Below, one piece after another: positions 58,356-64,000 of a DNA stretch of 64,000 bases. Position numbers and translations under genes: made by a program. The notes beneath the pieces are model-generated. The model did not search any database, was not told the origin of the DNA, and was given only the letters and a program-made list of their open reading frames with translations. How positions within the stretch are numbered: the stretch's first letter is position 1; the number at the start of each line of letters is the position of its first letter. The DNA is from an uncultured Alphaproteobacteria bacterium (GTDB lineage: Bacteria > Pseudomonadota > Alphaproteobacteria > RF32 > CAG-239). The stretch lies in the NCBI GenBank assembly GCA_944392265.1, contig CALXWC010000003.1, positions 4,627 through 68,626 of the forward strand, given 5' to 3'.

Positions 58356-58814
58356 ATGAATAAAAAACCGGTTGAAACAATTATGGGCATTGTGGTGCTT
58401 TTTGTCGCTGCTTTTTTCTTATATTTTGCCTTCAAAGTTTCTGATTTACAAGTTGTTAAAGGATATAACTTAACTGCTAATTTCTTAAAAGTCGGTGGCT
58501 TAAATGTGGGTTCTGATGTCCGCATTAACGGTATTAAGGTTGGTTCTATCGTTGAATTAGGCTTGGATGAAACGGACTATATTGCTAAAGTTAAAATGAG
58601 TATCTTGCCTAATATTAAGCTCCCGAATGATAGTGTGGCCGTTATTGTCGGTGATGGTTTGATGGGTGATAAATTTATTAAAATTGAACCCGGAAAATCT
58701 CAAAAGTTTTTCCAAGACGGCGATACAATTACTAAAGTTAAAGACTTTAAAGCTTTAGAAGATATGGTCGGTGAAATCATTTTCATGGTAACAGATGATG
58801 GTAAATCAAACTAA
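58356..58814 (+). CDS. mlaD: MlaD/MCE-domain protein, copy 2
   Basis: About 152 aa from ATG 58356 (AAGGGAG SD). TM anchor followed by YNLTANFLKVGGLNVGSDVRINGIKVGSI. Confidence 0.8.
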   Translation: MNKKPVETIMGIVVLFVAAFFLYFAFKVSDLQVVKGYNLTANFLKVGGLNVGSDVRINGIKVGSIVELGLDETDYIAKVKMSILPNIKLPNDSVAVIVGDGLMGDKFIKIEPGKSQKFFQDGDTITKVKDFKALEDMVGEIIFMVTDDGKSN

Positions 58815-59751
58815 ATTAAATTTGTTTTTGGGAATCAGCGCTTTGGGCCTTTTTAGTGCTCAAAGTGCTTTTTCTGCCGAAATTGATACTAATATTGCTC
58901 AAATGCAGGCAATGGATAAAATTACCGGACAAGTCAGCATCATTGAAGTTCCGGTTAATTCTCATAAGCGCTTTGGCAGTTTTGATATTTTAGTTCGTTC
59001 TTGCAAAACCAGATCTCCGGAAGATACTCCTGAAAATTTTGCTTTTGTGGATGTTATTGATGATTATAATCAAAAACCTGTCAACATTTTCAGAGGTTGG
59101 ATGATTTCTTCTTCTCCGGCTTTGAATGCAATTGAACACCCTATTTATGATGTTTGGTTGCTCAAATGCATTAATGGAAATGTAGATCCAAAATCTTTGC
59201 TTTCTAAAGAAGAGTTGGCTGCCAGAGATAAAGTGGAAAAAGCGTCTAAAACACCTGTCGATAACAAATTGAAAAAATCTGTTGTCGGAGAGCCTAAAAA
59301 AGAAGAAGATGTAAAGCCTGAAGCTAAACCTCAAGCCACTGATGCAATAAAAGAAGATGCTTTACCTCAACATGAAAATGTAAATAGAGAGTTATTAGAA
59401 CAAAATATTCAAGATAAAAAACTTGAAACCAGCCCCGTGGACAATATTAAAGAGGTTCCATCCGAGCCATCTTTACCTATTGATGAAAATGCCTCTTTGC
59501 AAGAGGACGGTGCTCCTAAATCTTTATTAAATTTCTCAAATAACCGCATTGAAGAAGAAAAAGAAGATACTTCTGAGGTTAAAGAAATCATTCAGGAAGA
59601 TGATGTTCTTCAAGAAGACAATGCTCCTCAAAATCTTATTCAAGAAAAAGAAATTGCACCAATAGAGCCTCAAGTTCAAGAAGAAACTTCTGATAATAAT
59701 ATTGATATTGAAGCTATTGATGAAGAGCTTTCTTCTTTAGATAATAACTAA
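58795..59751 (+). CDS. DUF2155-like periplasmic protein with a long acidic C-terminal extension
   Basis: 318 aa. Signal peptide, then core MQAMDKITGQVSIIEVPVNSHKRFGSFDILVRSCKTRSPEDTPENFAFVDV. Residues ~145-318 are E/D/K/P/Q-rich. Confidence 0.7.
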   Translation: MMVNQTKLNLFLGISALGLFSAQSAFSAEIDTNIAQMQAMDKITGQVSIIEVPVNSHKRFGSFDILVRSCKTRSPEDTPENFAFVDVIDDYNQKPVNIFRGWMISSSPALNAIEHPIYDVWLLKCINGNVDPKSLLSKEELAARDKVEKASKTPVDNKLKKSVVGEPKKEEDVKPEAKPQATDAIKEDALPQHENVNRELLEQNIQDKKLETSPVDNIKEVPSEPSLPIDENASLQEDGAPKSLLNFSNNRIEEEKEDTSEVKEIIQEDDVLQEDNAPQNLIQEKEIAPIEPQVQEETSDNNIDIEAIDEELSSLDNN

Positions 59752-59765
59752 AAATATTTAATTTA

Positions 59766-59805
59766 TAAAAAAGCCCATCGTTATAAAAACTTTGGGCTTT
59801 TTTTA
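59766..59805. terminator. bidirectional terminator
   Basis: Hairpin aagccca ... tgggctt flanked by an A-run and a T-run. Confidence 0.7.
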
Positions 59806-59826
59806 TGATATATGCATCTGAATTGT

Positions 59827-61272
59827 TTATTTTTTCCAGAAGTTTTTGGTAAATATAATCAAAACAGTCATAACTTCTAATCTGCCTAACAGCATACCAA
59901 AAGAGCATACATATTTGGCAAAATCTGAAAGCGGGGCATAACTTCCTGCAGGACCAATGATGTTCCCTACCCCCGGTCCGGCGTTGGTGATGCATCCGAT
60001 AGCGGCACTGAAAGCGGTTGCTAAGTCTATGCCTGTTATGGCAATTAAAACTGTTAAAAAGGTTATGCTTAAAGCAAAAAATGAAACGAAGACAAAAACA
60101 GAATAAATGATTTTATTGTCCACGGTTAAATTTTTGATTTTTACCGGCATAATTCGGCTTGGTTCTGTCAGGTTAATTATAGATTTTTTCAAAAAAGCAA
60201 TAATTACTTGCCAACGGAAAGATTTTACACTTCCAGCGGTGGAGCCGGAACAACCTCCTGTTAAAGCAAAGATTAAAAATATGGTTTGAGTGAATGCCCC
60301 CCATAGCATATAATCAGTTGATACAAAACCACAATCTGTCGTTATGGAAACAACATTAAATGCTGATACTCTCAATGCCTGAAAAAAGTTATAATTTGGG
60401 TTGGTGTAGCTTAACCATACGGTTGTGAATAAAATATAAAATACAAGTGTTTTTAAGAAAAAAGGAACTTGCGCACTTCTGAAAGAATTTTTGAATTGAG
60501 GTTTGAAAATGGTTAAGTACCATGTCAGAGGCAATGATCCTGCTACCATTCCTAAGATTAAAACAATTTCGGCTTTGAGATTGTCAAAATATCCGACAGA
60601 TGCTGTTTTGGTGGAAAAACCACCAGTAGAAACTGCTGCTAAGGCATGATTTAGAGCATCAAATTTACCCATGCCGCTAAATATTAAGCCAACAAAAGTT
60701 AATGCGAGCAATAGTACATATATAACAATAATTCTTTTGGCTATATAATTGATTTTTGGCATTAGTTTTTCATTTAAATCGGAACTTTCTCTTTGGAAAA
60801 TTTCCATACCACCAATTCCTAATAAAGGTAACAAAGCCACGGCAAAAATAACAATACCGACTCCTCCTAGCCCATTAAGTAAAGAGCGCCACATCAGAAT
60901 TGATTTTGGTAAGTTGTCAATGTCGGTAAAAATGGTAGCGCCCGTTGTCGTAATGCCTGAAACCGCTTCAAAAAAAGCATCAGCCCATGAACTGGTTGTT
61001 TCACACAAGATAAATGGAAATGAAGCTAAAACAGAAAGCGCAAACCAACTAAAACAAGTTAAAAGATAACCTTGTCTTATGGAAATTTTTTCAATTTTTA
61101 AATGATTGCCTAAATATAAAGATAAACCTATAAATAATGATATGATTGCAGATGTTAAAAACGGAGACCAATAAAAAGAATTGTAATAAATGTCTATGGC
61201 TGCCGGAATAAGCATCGTAAGACCTAAAATACTTACAAAATAACCGCTTATCATAAAAATAGGTTGCCACAT
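59827..61272 (-). CDS. trkH: Trk-type potassium uptake protein TrkH
   Basis: 481 aa polytopic protein with TrkH-type selectivity loops, including TGGCSGSTAGSVK. Confidence 0.9.
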   Translation of the reverse strand: MWQPIFMISGYFVSILGLTMLIPAAIDIYYNSFYWSPFLTSAIISLFIGLSLYLGNHLKIEKISIRQGYLLTCFSWFALSVLASFPFILCETTSSWADAFFEAVSGITTTGATIFTDIDNLPKSILMWRSLLNGLGGVGIVIFAVALLPLLGIGGMEIFQRESSDLNEKLMPKINYIAKRIIVIYVLLLALTFVGLIFSGMGKFDALNHALAAVSTGGFSTKTASVGYFDNLKAEIVLILGMVAGSLPLTWYLTIFKPQFKNSFRSAQVPFFLKTLVFYILFTTVWLSYTNPNYNFFQALRVSAFNVVSITTDCGFVSTDYMLWGAFTQTIFLIFALTGGCSGSTAGSVKSFRWQVIIAFLKKSIINLTEPSRIMPVKIKNLTVDNKIIYSVFVFVSFFALSITFLTVLIAITGIDLATAFSAAIGCITNAGPGVGNIIGPAGSYAPLSDFAKYVCSFGMLLGRLEVMTVLIIFTKNFWKK

Positions 61273-61287
61273 TTAATTTCTCCTGAT

Positions 61288-62124
61288 TTATTGCAAATCA
61301 ACGTTTTTTGAATATCCTTTTTCTACCAATAACCTATTGATATTTTCTGAATTTACATAGCAATTTACGGTGCCGATATTTTGATATGTGTAGGCAATAA
61401 TTTTGCATTTTACAATATTTTCAGCTATAACAGTTTCTAACAATTGTTGAGCTTTAATTCCTTGAGATGAATCGGGATTAACATAAATGCCATGCAAATA
61501 ATATCTGATACCATTTACAATCAGCTCATTCGCGTTTTTAACCTGCGCATGACCTTCTACAACTTCTTTGTTCTGGGCGTATATCAAAGGAAGTTTCTTT
61601 TCTTTTGTTTCTGTTTGAGGCGCACCCTTATCAGAGTTTGCTTGTGCTTCAGATGCAATCTCTTTAACCTTTTGCTGATTTTGAATTGTTTTTAAAACAT
61701 CAATTGTATCCGGAGCTTGCTTAGCTTTTTCAAACATTTTTCTTCTAACTTCAACCGGATTTTGCACTTCTTGTGGCTCTTTTGTCTTTTCAATAAAGCT
61801 ATCTTTATTGATGGTTTCGGCTGAAGCAACAAGCTCTGATAAATCAGAAACGGTTTTCTTTATATTGTTTACGTCTGAAATAAAATCCATTGAAGGTAAA
61901 CTTAATGCCGATGTAACACCTGAAATTTTGGCTTTTATTTTGCCATAATACCACAGATGTACTTCGGTTGGCTTAGCTCCCATAAAAGTGGGAGCTAAGT
62001 ATCCAATCATTAAAATCGGAACAAAGATTAAGGGATTGCGAAACGGGAATGTTACAAACAAAAACAAATTGTGAAAGAACTTTCCCCAACCTTTAAGTCT
62101 TAATCCTGCTCCGAATTTTCTCAT
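61288..62124 (-). CDS. membrane-anchored hypothetical protein with a possible degenerate SNase-like C-terminal domain
   Basis: 278 aa with an N-terminal hydrophobic region. The C-terminal ~90 aa (ELIVNGIRYYLHGIYVNPDS...VNCYV...LLVEKGYS) resemble thermonuclease-family proteins, but the GIDAPE-type residues are missing. Confidence 0.5.
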   Translation of the reverse strand: MRKFGAGLRLKGWGKFFHNLFLFVTFPFRNPLIFVPILMIGYLAPTFMGAKPTEVHLWYYGKIKAKISGVTSALSLPSMDFISDVNNIKKTVSDLSELVASAETINKDSFIEKTKEPQEVQNPVEVRRKMFEKAKQAPDTIDVLKTIQNQQKVKEIASEAQANSDKGAPQTETKEKKLPLIYAQNKEVVEGHAQVKNANELIVNGIRYYLHGIYVNPDSSQGIKAQQLLETVIAENIVKCKIIAYTYQNIGTVNCYVNSENINRLLVEKGYSKNVDLQ

Positions 62125-63815
62125 TATTTTGCACTTCCGTATTTTTGTTTCAACTCTTCAACGCGTTCAGGAGTGATTCTTTCAAACAAAGTATCTCCAA
62201 CGCTAAACTTGTGTCCGGCTTGTAAAGCGTTCATTTCTTTTTCAACGTTAAAGTCTTTAATAGAAGTAACATCTTTTAAGCTTAAGCCAAGTTTGTTCAT
62301 CATATCTTCGGCAACTTTGGGCATAATCGGTGCGCTCAAAATTGCAAAAATACGAATTAAGTTGATGCAATTTCTTAAAATAGCGGCAGCGCGAGCCGGA
62401 TTTTCTTTAATCACAGTCCAAGGTTCAGCAACAGAAATATAGTTATTGCCTTCTACCCAAATAGCACGTAATTCGTTGGTAGCTTTGCGGAATTCTAACT
62501 CTTGCATATATTTGAAGTAGTCATTAACGTGTTCTTGCAAAGTTTTAATCAATTCAGCTTCAATCTCAGTGTTTTCACCGCCTGCAGGAACCTCTTCGCC
62601 GATTTTTGATGCGGTCATTTTCAACACTCTGGAAACAAAGTTACCTAAAACACCGTTTAAGTCTTTATTGACAACAGCTGCAAACAAATCAAAGCTAAAT
62701 GAGCTGTCTGAACTTTCAGGCGCATTTGCCATCAACCAATAACGCCAGTAGTCTGCCGGATATTCTTTAACGGCGTCTTCAGCAAAAATACCGCGTTTTT
62801 CAGATTTTGAAAACTTACCACCCTCATAGGTCAAATAGCTGAAACCTTTTAAGGTTTTTACCAAAGTCCATGGTTCACCTGTTCCGAGCAAGGTTGCAGG
62901 GAAAGAAATTGAGTGGAATGGAACATTGTCTTTACCCATGAATTGGACATAGTCCACATCCTTGGCACCATACCACCATTCTTTCCAATCTTTACCGTTT
63001 CTGTCTGCCCAGTTTTTGGTAATACCGATATAACCAATCGGAGCATCAAACCAAACATAGAAAACCTTATCTTCATAACCAGGTTTATTTACTGGGAAGC
63101 CCCATTTTAAGTCACGGGTGATGCAACGTTCTTGCAAACCTTCTTTGAGCCATTTTTGTGCAATTGAGTATGCAATATCCGGCCAATATGGTTCACGTGT
63201 TTTTACCCAATCTGCCAATTTTGCTTCAATTTTGGGAAGCTTTAAGAACAAGTGTTTGGTTTCTCTGACTTCCAAATTGGTAGAGCCGGAAATGGTTGAA
63301 CGTGGGTTAATCAAATCTGTCGGTTCCAAAACCTTGGTGCAGTTTTCGCATTGATCTCCCCTTGCCTTATCATAACCACAATAAGGGCAAGTGCCTGTGA
63401 CATATCTATCAGGCAAAAAGCGTTCATCATCAATGGAATAAATTTGTTTGATTGTTCTTTCTTCAATCATACCGTTTTTATCCAAGGCATCAAAGATATG
63501 ATAAACCATTTCTTTGTTTTCATCGAAAGTGGTACGACCAAAGCAGTCAAAAGAAAGCTCAAAATCATCATAAGTTTGTTTGTGACGTTGATGATATTTG
63601 TTGCAATATTCTTCAATCGGCATACCTTCTTTTGCGGCGCCAACTTCAGATGGAGTGCCGTGTTCATCTGTTCCGCCAATGTACAAAACCTCGTTACCCA
63701 TCATTCGCATGAAACGCGCATAAACATCTGAGGGTAACAAACAGCCAACCATATGGCCCAAATGCGGCACGCCGTTTACATACGGTAATGCAGAAGTAAC
63801 TAAAGTTTTAGACAT
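62124..63815 (-). CDS. metG: methionine--tRNA ligase
   Basis: HIGH-type motif PYVNGVPHLGH, KMSKS-type motif KFSKS, and Zn knuckle CPYCGYDKARGDQCENC. Start taken at ATG 63815 (GGAG SD) rather than TTG 63830. Confidence 0.95.
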   Translation of the reverse strand: MSKTLVTSALPYVNGVPHLGHMVGCLLPSDVYARFMRMMGNEVLYIGGTDEHGTPSEVGAAKEGMPIEEYCNKYHQRHKQTYDDFELSFDCFGRTTFDENKEMVYHIFDALDKNGMIEERTIKQIYSIDDERFLPDRYVTGTCPYCGYDKARGDQCENCTKVLEPTDLINPRSTISGSTNLEVRETKHLFLKLPKIEAKLADWVKTREPYWPDIAYSIAQKWLKEGLQERCITRDLKWGFPVNKPGYEDKVFYVWFDAPIGYIGITKNWADRNGKDWKEWWYGAKDVDYVQFMGKDNVPFHSISFPATLLGTGEPWTLVKTLKGFSYLTYEGGKFSKSEKRGIFAEDAVKEYPADYWRYWLMANAPESSDSSFSFDLFAAVVNKDLNGVLGNFVSRVLKMTASKIGEEVPAGGENTEIEAELIKTLQEHVNDYFKYMQELEFRKATNELRAIWVEGNNYISVAEPWTVIKENPARAAAILRNCINLIRIFAILSAPIMPKVAEDMMNKLGLSLKDVTSIKDFNVEKEMNALQAGHKFSVGDTLFERITPERVEELKQKYGSAK

Positions 63816-64000
63816 TATAAAATTCTCCAATAAAAAATTTTTTGTTATTTTGTTTTTTTTAACGTTGCGATTTTACAACAATTTGCAAATTTCTCAAGCA
63901 AAAAAAGCATTTTTTTATCAAGATATGCCTCATATTTATGACGGAAAAAGACCTTGATTTGCAAAAATTATCTGATATATTCGCTTTGACGTTGAATTAT

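Noticed and set aside
63938-64000. Possible 5' end of a plus-strand gene (ATG 63938, MTEKDLDLQKLSDIFALTLNY..., open to the window edge).
   Set aside because: Only 21 codons are visible, with no clear SD and no recognisable motif. That is insufficient to call a feature.
1-64000. A scan for CRISPR arrays, IS elements, integrases, prophage blocks, toxin-antitoxin pairs and known defence-system signatures.
   Set aside because: I found no spaced direct-repeat array: the only tandem repeat has 2 copies of 12 nt. I saw no DDE, tyrosine or serine recombinase motifs, no capsid or terminase-like ORFs, and no recognisable small two-gene TA cassettes. The absence is by eye only and should be confirmed with dedicated tools.

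Overview
This is an AT-rich bacterial chromosomal segment, roughly mid-30s %GC by eye (not computed). It is gene-dense, with about 65 protein genes, 3 tRNAs (Ser-GCU, Val-UAC, Lys-CUU) and many clean rho-independent terminators. I saw no rRNA, no CRISPR array, and no recognisable transposase, integrase or phage genes. Most content is housekeeping or envelope-related: sppA, gatCAB, lon, hupB, rpsD, metG, tldD/pmbA, lipid A/Kdo genes (DUF374-waaA-lpxK), opgG, dsbD, trkH, yejEF, an Rnf complex with apbE, a GldA/F/G-like ABC module, and tandem MlaD/MCE genes. Three synteny blocks (lon-hupB-tRNA-Val, DUF374-waaA-lpxK, mlaD-DUF2155) are what I associate with Alphaproteobacteria. The rseC-rnfBCDGEA order looks Bacteroidota-like. 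Together these suggest an anaerobic, probably host-associated alphaproteobacterial lineage; this is inference only. I did not find a convincing, complete novel multi-gene system. The best second-look candidates are: (1) an ECF-sigma module arranged like CnrYXH, with a His/Pro-rich LTXXQ periplasmic protein and an ECF-type promoter; (2) an orphan PilT/VirB11-class ATPase behind a scrambled tRNA-Val fragment; (3) an orphan FliN/SpoA mini-protein translationally coupled to lipid A genes; (4) a GldAFG-like ABC + DUF4340 operon ending in a cytoplasmic PAS histidine kinase; (5) an 8-gene overlap-coupled operon of peptidases and nucleotide house-cleaning enzymes, including two non-canonical HAD paralogs; (6) a ~590 bp non-coding gap with a strand-specific long hairpin, a tandem 12-mer repeat and a short ORF with a perfect SD. 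All functional calls rest on motifs I recognised by eye. No searches were run.
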